DNA from: Octopus bimaculoides
Lineage: Eukaryota
Direction of reading: 5' to 3'
NCBI RefSeq assembly: GCF_001194135.2
Contig: NC_068984.1
Location: 114,111,943 to 114,146,111 of the forward strand
DNA: 34,169 nucleotides
The translations under genes and the position numbers were made by a program. The notes beneath the pieces are model-generated. The model was given only the letters and a program-made list of their open reading frames with translations, searched no databases and was not told the DNA's origin. The stretch's first letter is position 1. The number at the start of each line of letters is the position of its first letter. This document shows, in pieces, positions 21,950-34,026 of this stretch.

Positions 21950-24639
21950 CTGTAATGAAATTTAAAAATATAGAAATTAAGTGAAATTACTCCAAAAGTG
22001 AAATAAATATGTTACAAATATTAAAAAAAAAAAACCTTTACACAATGAAAGTGAGAAGTTAAGCAAAATATGTAAGCTGATGCCAATAAAAAAAAAACAA
22101 ATATTAATATTTCGGGAAAGATTCCCCTTATCAAGTATAAGAAAGAAACTAATTCAAGACTTCAGAGAAAAAAGTATTATTATTGACAAATGCAAAAATG
22201 TAACACAAAAACATCTTTTGTTTTATCTTATACTTGTTTCAGTCATTAGACTGCCGCCATGCTGGGGGTACCACTTTGAAGAATTTTCAGTTGAATGTAT
22301 TGACTCCAGCATTTACTTTTTATAAGCCCAGTACTTATTCTACCAGTCTCTTTTGCCAAAGCACTAAGTTATGGGAATGTAAACACACCAACACCAGTTG
22401 ACAAGCGATGGTGTGGGACAAACACAAACACACAGATATATATATATGCATGCTCTCAAAAACATGAATGAATATCAAAATAAGCATTTCTTTGATTAAG
22501 TAGAAAGCAAAGAAAAGAAGGATCTTCGTAAACAAAAAGAAGGATCTTTATAAACAAAAAGAAGGGACATAATTAAGAAGATCAACTCTTACACTGCTGA
22601 TAGATTTAAATGATTTATTATTAAATCTAAAACAAGGGTGGCAGATTAATAGAATCAAGAGATAAGAGATAAAATGCCTCACAATATTTTGTTAAGTCAG
22701 TTTATGTTCTAACTTCAAATCTTGTGGGCTTTTACTCTGAACCTCAGAAAAGTGAAAGGCAAAGAAAATATGTGATCTTGTTTCATCATCACCATCATCT
22801 TAACAACCACTTTTCCATGCTTGTTGAGGTAGATTTTCTATGATCAGATGCCTTTCCTGTCACCAACCATTATCTGTTTCCAAACAAGGTAATATTTCCA
22901 CATGGCTGGACATGTTTTTTTTACATAAGATTGTAAGTGAAAGACAGTTTCTGTGATGGAGATGCTTGCTTACGACTACAGTGCAATGTCAAGACAAGAA
23001 GACACAAATACACATATACCCATGCATACACACATGTACATACATGCACACATACATACTCACACGTATGTGTGTGTGTGTAGTTATATGATAGGCTTCT
23101 CTCAATTTCTGTCTACCAAACCCACTCACAAAGCTTTGTTTGAACTGGAACTATAGTAGAAGACATTCATTTCTATATTAGTAAACCGTATTGAATCTCA
23201 AAAGAGAAATATTGCCCCCTTGTTTTTCCAGGAGCTACTAGACTGAGGAATTGATATAACTGGATGAGGTTAATGTGGTTTCACATAGTTTATATAGCTG
23301 AGACAGAGAAAATGTGACAAGAAAGGACATGCCCAACCTCATTATGATTTCATCAAACTTCACTGTACTTGTGAAAGTAGTGATGGAAGAACCATTGACA
23401 CTGCATGGCATAGAAAAACTGAATCACTCTGAAAAACAAAATTTTCTTTTGTATGTTATCTCCCAGACGCCTTTGTAAACAATGTAACCAATAATTTCTG
23501 TTCTTAAGAACTACATCTTTCTATAAGTCTCTCATCATCACATTTTCCATACTAACCTGTAACCCACAACTGGAAACTAAGCATTAACAGAACTATTTTT
23601 ATCCAATTATTTATCTCTGTAACAATAAAGTCTATAAGCTACAGAGATTTATAAAACTAGTTTTCAACTCCAGACTATACAACACCAATGTCTGAAAGAC
23701 AAACTATAAATACCAAATAGCTGAGCAGTTGAAATATCCAGTCATAATTTAGACTAGAAAGTTAAGTGGGAGGCAGGTTTATAAGCATTTGTTTTCTTTC
23801 TAGGATCTTCTGATAGGATGTAAATGCAAAACTCATCAGTCTTCCAGAAGACACAGAAACCGCTCTAATGCTGGTGCCATCATAAAATGTATCTGGTGCA
23901 CTCAGTGAAGTTGTTAGCAAAAGATTGGAGGCAATGTAGAGCACTGGTCTGTCACAGGATTACGCACTTTTACCACAACACAAAATGAAGTATTTTGCTC
24001 AAGAACACAACACACTGCCCAGTCCGGGAATCAAAACCACAACCTTTCAATCATGAGTTCAGCACCCTAACCACAAAGTCATGCACCTCCACATTTTTTT
24101 CAGAAAAGTAATAACTCTGAATAAAGGACTAAGACTGTGACAACCATCCAATACATGTCAGCACGGAAACTGAATGGAAAACAATGAAAATGATGATGAT
24201 GGCAACATCAATGATGACGATGATGATCATGGAAAATAGACATTAAAGAATGATGATGATGATGATGAATTGATTGGTCTCTTTTGCCAAACCAACACCA
24301 GTTGTCAAGAGATGGTAGGGAACAGACATACATACATACATACACACTCAGGCATATACATACACACACATATACATACATATACAAAGGCCTTCTTTCA
24401 GTTTCTATCTACCAAATCCACTCATGGGACTTTGATCTGCTTAAGGCTATAAGTATGAAGACATTTACCTAAGGTGCTGTGCAGTGGGACTGAACCTGGA
24501 ATTGTGGTTGTTGAAGCAAACTTCTTACAACATAGCCATGTTTCCGCCTAAAATTTAAGGGTTCTGGCAAGGATCAAGCTCCCAGCCTTCTACATGTAGA
24601 GCAGATGTGATAACCAATACACCATGGAGCCATTCGTAT

Positions 24640-25040
24640 TCTTTATTCTTTTACTTGTTTCAGTCATTTCAGTGTGGCAATGCTGGAGCACTGGTTTAAA
24701 AAGTCTCTTTTTTTTTTTGTCAAAGAAATCAACCCCAGGACTTATTCTTTGTAAGCCTGGTATTTATTCTATCGTTTTTTTTTTTGCCAAATCGCTAAGT
24801 TACAGGGATGTAAACACACCGACATCGGTTGTCAAGCGATGGTGGGAGGACAAACACAGACACAAAGACATATATATATATATATACAATGGGCTTCTTT
24901 CAGTTTCCATCTGTCAAATCCACTCACAAGGCTCAATCGGTCTGTGGCTATAGCAGAAGACACTTGCCCAACATGCCATGCAGTGGGGCTGAACCTGGAA
25001 CCATGTGGTTGGGAAGTAAGCTTCTTACTACACAGGCACA
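24640..25040 (-). mobile_element. SINE family A, full length; further minus copies at 22225-22440, 24270-24540, 25315-25685, 30641-31007 and 33298-33430
   Basis: Same head, core and tail as 9062-9465. Confidence 0.8.
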
Positions 25041-25045
25041 CTTAA

Positions 25046-25188
25046 CTCTTTAGCATTCAGCCAATTATGAGATTATTTAATTTAAGAATGACATTGTAGG
25101 TAATGTGTGAGAGGCCAGATCTGACTGAATTGAATATAAAATAGGTAGAATATTTAGGCCAGATATGGTCAGTTTAAATGCTAGAGGG
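25046..25188. mobile_element. piggyBac-like MITE, 143 bp
   Basis: TTAA at 25042-25045 and 25189-25192. TIRs CTCTTTAGCATT and AATGCTAGAGGG, 10/12 match. Confidence 0.7.
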
Positions 25189-26437
25189 TTAAACATCCCT
25201 CTTCCATGCTGGTTTGGGTTCGGTGGTTTGACATGATCCAAGCCCAAGGACTATGTTGAGTCACAATGTCTGCATTGGTATGGTTTCTACAGCTGGATGA
25301 CCTACCTGATATATACATATCTTTTACTTGCTTCAGTCATTGGGTTGTGGCCATGCTGGAGCACTGCCTTGATAGATTTAGTCGAATCAAACAAACTCCA
25401 GTATCTTCTATTTTTAACTCTGATTCTTATTCCATGAATCTTTTATGCTAAACCACTAAGTTACAAGGACATCAACAAACCAACAATAGTTGTCAAGTTT
25501 TAGAGAGAAAACACAAAGGTGCATACACACAAAGACAATGGGCTTCCACACAGTTTCCATTTACCAAATTCACTCAGAAGACATTAGTTGGCCTGTGACT
25601 ATAGAAGACACTTGCCCAAGGTGCCACACAGTGGGACTGAACTCAAAACCACATGGTTGCAAAGCAACCTTCTTGACCACATGACCATCCTCTCCAGAGG
25701 TAGGATTGTCTTTCATCCACTAAATAATACCAATTAATATCAAACTTCGTAACGATTTAGGAATTAACACTATCATATTACCAATGTTTCTCAGATACAA
25801 ATAATCATTTTTATTTCTGTATGACCTACAACCTATGGACTTCAAATAAGCAACAATAAATGATAGATGAATCATTAAATTTTTGTCTAATATATACATG
25901 TTATTGAAGAATGGTTACATGACAGCTGTTTATTAATCCATTACCTCCCATAATTCTATTAACTGGAATTCTTTTATGAAACTGATTTCTAGCATAAAAC
26001 AGCCTTAGAAACACGCTGGAAGGATCAAAATAACATTTCAAAATAACATTTTAAATAGAAATAAGCGAGACATTGGGTAAAAAAATTAGCAAACCTCATT
26101 TGACTATCAGAGAATTATACCTAGTAGATATAGCAAAAAGGTTAGATATGTGTAAAAATTGACAGATAATTACAAAATTTGTAATTTTTAAGTGATCTCA
26201 TGAGATCACTGGTAGGTAATGGGTTAAGAAGAGCCATTATACAAGGAAGTAAAAATTGGCAAGCTGGCAGAACAGTAAGCACATGGGACAGATTTCTCAG
26301 AAGTATTTTTTTCTGACTCTTTACATGCTAAGCTCAACTTTGCCATTTATCTGTTCAGAGTTGATAAAATAAAGAACCAGTTAAGCACTGGGGTTGATGG
26401 AATTGATAAGCTAACTCCCCACAAAATTTCAGGCCTT

Positions 26438-26924
26438 CATCATCATCATCATCATCATCGTTTAACATCCGCTTTCCATACTAGCATGGGTTGGACGATT
26501 TGACTGAGGACTGGTGAAACCAGGTGGCTACACCAGGCTCCAATCTGATTTGGCAGAGTTTCTATAGCTGGATGCCCTTCCTAATGCCAACCACTCAGAG
26601 AGTGTAGTGGGTGCTTTTATGCGTCACCCGCACGAAGGCCAGTCAGGCGGTACTGGCAACAGCCACGCTCAAAATGGTGTATTTTATGTGCCACCCGCAC
26701 AAGAGCCAGTCCAGGGGCACTGGCAACGATCTCGCTCGAAAATCCTTACACATGTCATGGGCACAAGTGCCAGAAAGGCGATGCTGGGCACAAGTGCCAG
26801 AAAGGCGATGCTGGGCACAGGTGCCATCCCAATTTCGCTTTCGCTTGCCCCAATAAGTCTTCGCAAGCTGAGTTTCGTGTCCAATGAAGGAGACGACGTT
26901 GGCATGGGTGCCAGTCGTCGAATT
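26438..26924 (-). mobile_element. Family C retroposon, longest copy, inserted into the 3' end of a family B copy (26260-26437, +)
   Basis: (CAT)n tail at 26438. Internal 27-bp direct duplication (26759-26785, 26786-26812). B tail aaaatttcaggcctt resumes as tagtaggattatt after the insert. Confidence 0.8.
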
Positions 26925-27268
26925 TAGTAGGATTATTAGAGAAGTAATGACTAATGATATAACCAGGCTATAAGTTTCATCATCAGTATTGTCTATTTAT
27001 CCAATTTTTAATTCAGTACAAAATATACTCTACTTCATAAGCCACATTTTAGCATTCATGCACACACATACACATCATTGAGCTGTAATTAAACCAATGA
27101 GTGAAATGTATTACTGTACAGTATAGAGGGTGATGCTGCAGGATAGCAAGACGTGAAGCAGAGAAATTTGGTTGGTCTGTAGAGGCTGGAGAGATTTTAG
27201 GAAAGTACTATGGCATGGATGTGAGACATTACCTTACATAAACAAAATAGAGAGTGAATGGTCATTAA

Positions 27269-27500
27269 CCCTGTTGTAACTATTTTTCTGTTGAAATACA
27301 CTGCTGTTATTTCAATTAATTTTGGGAATATTTCACTCTAATAATGAAAAATTTAGTAAAATATTTTTGGTCATTAAGTTCATGTTTGGAATATAAATGA
27401 ATGTGAAATTTCCATCAACAATTTTTAATTTTGGTAACTTTAAACAGGAAGTGTTTATCATGGAATCAAGGACAGTTCCAGGCAGGTTGTTATCAAAGGG
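27269..27500. mobile_element. Probable second piggyBac-like MITE
   Basis: TTAA|CCCTGTTGTAAC ... GTTATCAAAGGG|ATTAA. Imperfect TIRs, and the right TSD is offset by one base. Confidence 0.45.
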
Positions 27501-28091
27501 ATTAAGGCCATCAGGCAATGTAGGTGCAAAAGATTACTGTTCTGGCTGTTATTTCATTACATATCAGCTCTGATTGACCAGTCCTGTGACCAAACACATT
27601 CCAGTTGTGACTATCTCATTTGTCAGTATATCAAACACTATATTTTCTAATGTGCCTGGCATTCATTAAGATGGCAGGAGTATGATTTGAGTAAGATTTG
27701 GTGTCTACTTCTAGCAAGTCAAGCAACCGTGTAAAACTCTGTTCTTGGTTTGTGGCTGTGTGAGTCAAGGTGTAGTAAAGATGCAATGCAGGTGGTCATG
27801 AACATCAAGTGGAAAATACTGTGCACCGTGAGTGGAAGACACAAGTGGAAGACCGAGAATGACATGGAAATAATGGCGAGACGAAATCGCATAACGTTGA
27901 GTAAGAGGACAATCAGACAAAATAAAGGGTTAATTAATTGGTTTTATTTGTGAAATATGGTTATTTTGAATTTGCTGCAGGAAATGGTCTATGTCTGTGA
28001 GGGTGAGTGGTGGGGTAGGGGGGGGGGCACTAGGAATGTAGCCTTAGAACCATGGAAGCGGCAGCCTGAAAAAGTTTAGGAACCATTGAAT

Positions 28092-28535
28092 TAAATGAAC
28101 CCCAGTACTTGACTGGTACTTTACTTTCACATTATTGACCCCAGAAGGAGGAAAAACAAAACTCGCCTCAACAAAATTTGAACAAATAATACGAGGTACT
28201 TATTTTATCAACCCCAAAAGGATGAAAGGCAAAGTCAACTTTGGTGAAATCTGAACTCAGAATGTGAGGACAAACGAAATGCCATGAAGCATTTTGCCCT
28301 GTGTGCCAACAATTCTACCAGATCACCTGGTTTCAAATTTTGGCACAAGGCCAGCAAGTTTGGGGGAGAGGGTAAGTCAATTACATCACCCACAGAGTTC
28401 AACTGATATTTATTTTATTGACCCTGAAAGGATGAAAAGCAAAGTCGACCTTGGTGGAATTTGAACTCAGAATGTGAGGAGATGAAATGACACAAAGCGT
28501 TTTGCCTGGCATGCTAACAATTCTGCCAGCTTCCC
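28092..28535 (-). mobile_element. Cluster of family B SINE fragments
   Basis: Repeated ggatgaaaggcaaagtc and gaactcagaatgtgagga blocks. Confidence 0.75.
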
Positions 28536-30605
28536 TCCTTAGTAACATACTGGTATTGATTAAGTTGATATCCTTTTCCTAAAATATGTGGCCATGTGCC
28601 AATATTAGAAATCTCATATTAAAAGAGTTTGGTATTTAGCTATATTCCTTTACAGTTCAAATCCTGCTAAAACTTCTTATTCCTCCATCATCATCATCAT
28701 CGTTTAACGTCCGCTTTCCATGCTAACATGGGTTGGATGATTTGACTGAGGACTGGTGAACCAGATGGCTACACCAGGCTCCAATCTGATTTGGCAGAGT
28801 TTCTACAGCTGGATGCCCTTCCTAACACCAACCACTCTGAGAGTGTAGTGGGTGCTTTCATGTGCCACCGGCACGAAGGCCAGTCAGGAGGTACTGGCAA
28901 TGGCCACGCTTAAAATGGTGTATTTTACTTGCCACCTGCACAGGAGCCAGTCCAGTGGTACTGGTAACNNNNNNNNNNNNNNNNNNNNNNNNNNNNNNNN
29001 NNNNNNNNNNNNNNNNNNNNNNNNNNNNNNNNNNNNNNNNNNNNNNNNNNNNNNNNNNNNNNNNNNNNNNNNNNNNNNNNNNNNNNNNNNNNNNNNNNNN
29101 NNNNNNNNNNNNNNNNNNNNNNNNNNNNNNNNNNNNNNNNNNNNNNNNNNNNNNNNNNNNNNNNNNNNNNNNNNGTGTCAGAGTTCAAAAGCCACTGAAA
29201 TCAACTTTGCTTTTCATCCTTATGGGGTTGATGAAATAAAATACCGATTAAGTACTTGTGCCTATAGTAGAAACGGTCATCATCATCCTCATCATCATCG
29301 TCGTTTAATGTCCGCTTTCCATGCTAGCATGGGTTGGACGATTTGACTGAGGACTGGTGAAACCAGATGGCTACACTAGACTCCAATCTGATTTGGCAGA
29401 GTTTCTACAGGTGGATGCCCTTCCTAACGCCAACCACCCCGAGAGTGTAGTGGGTGCTTTTTATGTGCCACCGGCACGAAGGCCAGTCAGGCGGAACTGG
29501 CAACGGCCATGAGTGAAAGAATAAAATGCCAGGTAAAATTATATTTCAGTACTTAGTTTTGGCCCTCTAAGTTCCAAGATCAAATCTCACTCAGAGTGAA
29601 GTTACTTTCACTTGTCAAGAGAAGCTAAAAATAAATGCCACTAATGTGATCATTCATATATCATTATTGATCATTCATCGGAAATTCATGCTTGTGTGTG
29701 AATGCAATTCATCTTTCAAATGTAAACATCATTGCCTAAGTTGATAATTATAACGCTACAATTATTAAACTTCTAGATAACATTTTAATTGATAAGGTTA
29801 TGTGACATTTAAATATCAATATTTTCAAGAACATATACAGACACACACACACACAAACCTACATAAATGAATACACGTCAGCGCAGACAAGCAAGAGAAA
29901 ATAAAAGTACTCAGTATACAGTGGTATATAATTTACCACAACTTGAAAAATTCACAAATCGTTACTCTGAGGTTTTCAGTTTTCCAGATAATCTTCTGAT
30001 GATTATCAAAAACAAAAAATTAGGAGGAAACAACAAACAAAATTTCAACTTCCAATAAATTATATATTGTATTTATTCATGTATAAGACACATTCTCTTC
30101 CTCTCTAAAAATTACGATCATATGTCTTCTGCAGCTGTGAGTACTGTTATGGCCTACTCAGTTGAGGTTCATATATCTCTTTCAAATCTGTTTTTGCTTC
30201 ATCTAGGATACATAAACTTCTTCAATCTATTTTATATAGCAATAACAATAAATCAGACTAAACATACTTTCGCCATGCATCATAATACGAAAGAAAAGTT
30301 TACCATACATAAGACAATGTTTCATCAAATTACAGTCATCAATAAGTACAAAAACCTTATGCTGAGTAAATTTTTTCATATGACAAAAGTATGTGCACAC
30401 TCAATGTATAAGAATAATTATTTAATCACATTATTTTAGACAACTTTCTGTGCATACATTAATATCTTTTGTAAGCTGATTTCAAAATGCATGAGTATGT
30501 GCACAGTTGTGCAGATTAGAGGGAATAGTACACAAGAGATTTCAACGTCTATAATTGCAGGTGCCCATTATACCAAAGTGTGCATAATATACAAATATAT
30601 ATATA

Positions 30606-30641
<36 letters not shown>

Positions 30642-32384
30642 CTCTTTTACTTGTTTCAGTCATTTGACTGCGGCCATGCTGGAGCACCGCCTTTAGTCGA
30701 GCAAATCGACCCTGGGACTTATTCTTCGTAAGCCTAGTACTTACTCTATCAGTCTCTTTTGCCGAACCACTAAGTGACAGGGACATAAACACATCAGCAT
30801 CGGTTGTCAAGCACTGCTAGGGGGGACAAACACAGACACACAAACATATATATATATATACATATATACGATGTGCTTCTTTCAGTTTCCGTCTACCAAA
30901 TCCACTCACAAGGCTTTGGTCGGCCCGAGGCTATAGTAGAAGACACTTGCCCAAGATGCCACACAGTGGGACTGAACCTGGAATCATGTGGTTGGTAAGC
31001 AAGCTACATATATATGTAATCATCATTTTTAGCATCAACTTTACCATACTTGCAAAAGTCATGGAATTTGTTGAGGTAGATTTTCTATAACAAGATGCTC
31101 TTTCCTGTTGCCAACCCTCACCTGTTTCCATGAAAGGTAATATTTCATATTATCAGATTTGTTTTACCAGAAGACTGGAAACGAGCAATGGTGATGCTTG
31201 TATACAATCAAGTGTTGTCAAAAGAGGACACAGACACAATGGGCTTCTTTCAGTTTTCATCTACCAAATCCACTTACAAGGCTTTGGTTGGCCAAGGGCT
31301 ATAGTAGAAGACACTTATCCATCATGCTGTACAGTGGGACTGAACCTGAAATCACATAGTTGGGAAGCAAGTTTCTTAACTACACAGTTATACCTCACCC
31401 TTTCCTCTTATAATCCTCTCACTGTGGTCCTCAGGGGCAAGACAACCCTCATGTTTAAGGTGCCACAATAAAATTCAAACGGTACAATTTGTAAAGTGGA
31501 TAGCAATAAAAAGGGCATCCAGCCATAAAAATCATACCAAATATTGAGTACAATACAAGACATTGTCCTGAAACATATAGGAAGGCAGTAACTAGAAATA
31601 AGAGCTGATATGGAGTCCAACCCATTTGGGCTTACGTTATTACATAATGTTATACAATCTTGCATATTGTTACATGCTAAATTATATGATGTACTTTGTT
31701 TACTACGGAAACATGCAGTAGTGCCCTCATTTGTTTCATCTTTATTATTCTCTCTTTCATATAAATATATATATATATATATATCATCATCATCATCATC
31801 GTTTAACGTCTGCTTTCCATGCTAGCATGGGTTGGACGATTTGACTGAGGACTGGCAAGCCAGAAGGCTGCACCAGGCTCCAATCTGATCTGGCAGAGTT
31901 TCTACAGCTGGATGCCCTTCCTAACACCAACCACTCCAAGAGTGTAGTGGATGCTTTTACATGCCACTGGCACGAGGGCCAGTCACACAGTACTGACAAT
32001 GGCCACGCTCAAAATGGTGCTTTTTACGTGCCACCTGCACAGGAGCCAGTCCAGCGGCACTGGCAACGACCTCGCTCGAATGATTTTCTAACGTGCCACT
32101 AGCACAAGTGCTAGAAAGCAACGCTGGTAACGATTACGCTCAAATGGTGCTATTCACGGGCCACTAGCACAGAAGCCAGACAGTTGCTCTGGCAATGAAC
32201 ACGCTCGACAGTGCTGTTAGTGCTCCACTGGCGCGGTGACCAGTCATCGAGTATGGTTCAATTACGATTTCATATATATGATAGACATAGATAGATGTGT
32301 ATGTATACTTATACAAATATACAAACTAACATATAATAGATAAAAATTGTCAGCTTTACATTTTAACACAGGAAATTTACTCAC

Positions 32385-32449
32385 TGGATTATCAAAATCA
32401 GCATTTTGAAGAGGGTCCTCTGATAAACTGGTATCCATTTCATTCTCAG
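32385..32449 (-). CDS. SIRT1: SIRT1 putative small N-terminal exon (65 nt), not in the ORF track
   Basis: Strong acceptor ttttttctgtctttttcag|CT GAG and strong donor CCA|gtgagt. Acidic peptide ENEMDTSLSEDPLQNADFDNP; its phase 0 end matches the phase 0 acceptor at 21949. Supported by splice signals and phase, not by homology. Confidence 0.7.
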
Positions 32450-32767
32450 CTGAAAAAGACAGAAAAAATTCATAAAATGTAAATTGTCCAGTAAATTAGG
32501 AAATGTTCAGTATACTCCATCACCAATGTTTTAACATCCACCTTTCCATGCTCATACAAGTCAGATGGAATTTGCTGAAGCAAGTTTTCTATGGCTGGAT
32601 GTGCTTCCTGTCGCCAACTCTCACTTGTTTCCGAGTAAGGTAATATTTCCGCATGACCAAATATGTTTTGACGAAAAAATTGGGAAGGAATGACATTGCT
32701 TGCATGATGCTGTCACTCGCTTACAACTATCACACGGTGTTAAGGCAAGGAGACAGTAACACACCAC

Positions 32768-33297
32768 TTGGACACGGAACTCAGCTTGCGAAGACTTATT
32801 GGGGCAAGCAAAAGCGAAATTGGGATAGCACCTGTGCCCAGCGTTGCCTTTCTGGCACTTGTACCCATGACATGTGTAAGGATTTTCGAGCGAGATCGCT
32901 GCCAATGCCCCTGGACTGGCTCTTGTGCGGGTGGCACATAAAATACACCATTTGAGTGTGGCCGTTGCCAGTACCGCCTGACTGGCCTTCGTAGGATTTT
33001 TGAGCGAGATCGTTGCCAATGCCCCTGGACTGGCTCTTGTGCGGGTGGCACATAAAATACACCATTTGAGTGTGGCCGTTGCCAGTACCGCCTGACTGGC
33101 CTCGTGCGGGTGACATGTAAAAGCACCCACTACACTCTCTGAGTGGTTGGCGTTAGGAAGGGCATCCAGCTGTAGAAACTCTGCCAAATCAGATTGGAGC
33201 CTGGTGTAGCCATCTGGTTTCACCAGTCCTCAGTCAAATCGTCCAACCCATGCTAGCATGGAAAGCGGACATTAAACGACGATGATGATGATGATGA
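32768..33297 (+). mobile_element. Family C retroposon with a copy-specific 114-bp internal tandem duplication
   Basis: Units start at 32879 and 32993. (GAT)n tail at about 33280-33300. Confidence 0.85.
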
Positions 33298-33867
33298 TGA
33301 CTTCTTTCAGTTACCATCTAGCAAATTCACTCACAAGGCTTTGGTTGGCTAAAAGCTATAGAAGATACTTGCCCAAGGTGAAAGGCAGTAGGACTAAACC
33401 AAGGAGTTGGGAAGTAAACTTCTTACGACATCATTGCACTGTTTTACACAAAAACAAGGATTTCTGAAGTAGGTACCATGTACATCATTCTCAAAAGCAC
33501 TGAGGTTATATCAGGCCAATCACTCTGTGGTCATCCAAACTGCTTGAAATAGCAGCTAATTCTCCCTCAAACCATTCTTCAGTCATATGAGATAGGATAC
33601 CTTAGATATTGCCCTTCATACCTCAAAAAATGACAAGATGACCATGATTACATACTGGAAAACGTTTGGTCATAGATCAGCTTAGTCAAGTATAATCTGG
33701 TGCTAAAGAGCAACAACTTATTAAAACTCAATAAAATTTTATGTCTGGTACCAAAGAGTTGTGGGCTTCTATCTTGCATTAAAATTTCCTGCACAAATAA
33801 CAACAGAATTCCTTTAGTGGAACTTCTTGTCTGATGAAACTGTCTTCATTTTAGCAGAAAAAAACTA

Positions 33868-34026
33868 AAGGCGCAGGAGTGGCTGTGTGGTAAGTAGCTT
33901 GCTTACCAACCACATGGTTCTGGGTTCAGTCCCACTGCATGACACCTTGGGCAAGTGTCTTCTATAGCCTTGGGCCGACCAAAGCCTTGTGAGTGGATTT
34001 GGTAGACGGAAACTGAAAGAAGCCTG
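33868..34026 (+). mobile_element. SINE family A head and core, truncated where the Penelope-like repeat begins
   Basis: aggcgcaggagtggctgtgtgg...gaaactgaaagaagcctgtc. Confidence 0.85.

Noticed and set aside
23762-23944. Minus-strand 60-aa ORF as a possible SIRT1 N-terminal exon
   Set aside because: Ends in a stop, has no convincing donor or acceptor in compatible phase, and shows no recognisable similarity.
27333-27518. Minus-strand ORF MPDGLNPFDNN...
   Set aside because: Overlaps a piggyBac-like MITE end, lacks splice support, and is closed upstream by a stop.
28001-28030. G-rich tract as a functional G-quadruplex
   Set aside because: It is C-rich on the transcribed strand, lies beside a hAT-like fragment, and has nothing supporting function.
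29867-30058. Plus-strand ORF MNTRQRRQAREN...
   Set aside because: Short, AT-rich, with no recognisable domain or supporting gene structure.
32621-33223. 200-aa ORF with an internal repeat, and similar ORFs at 5886, 26607 and 28852
   Set aside because: Antisense translations of family C retroposon copies. The repeat is the 114-bp duplication, and no protein motif is recognisable.
33820-33845. ctgatgaaac as a second hammerhead core
   Set aside because: No stem II between CUGAUGA and GAAA, and no stem I complement.
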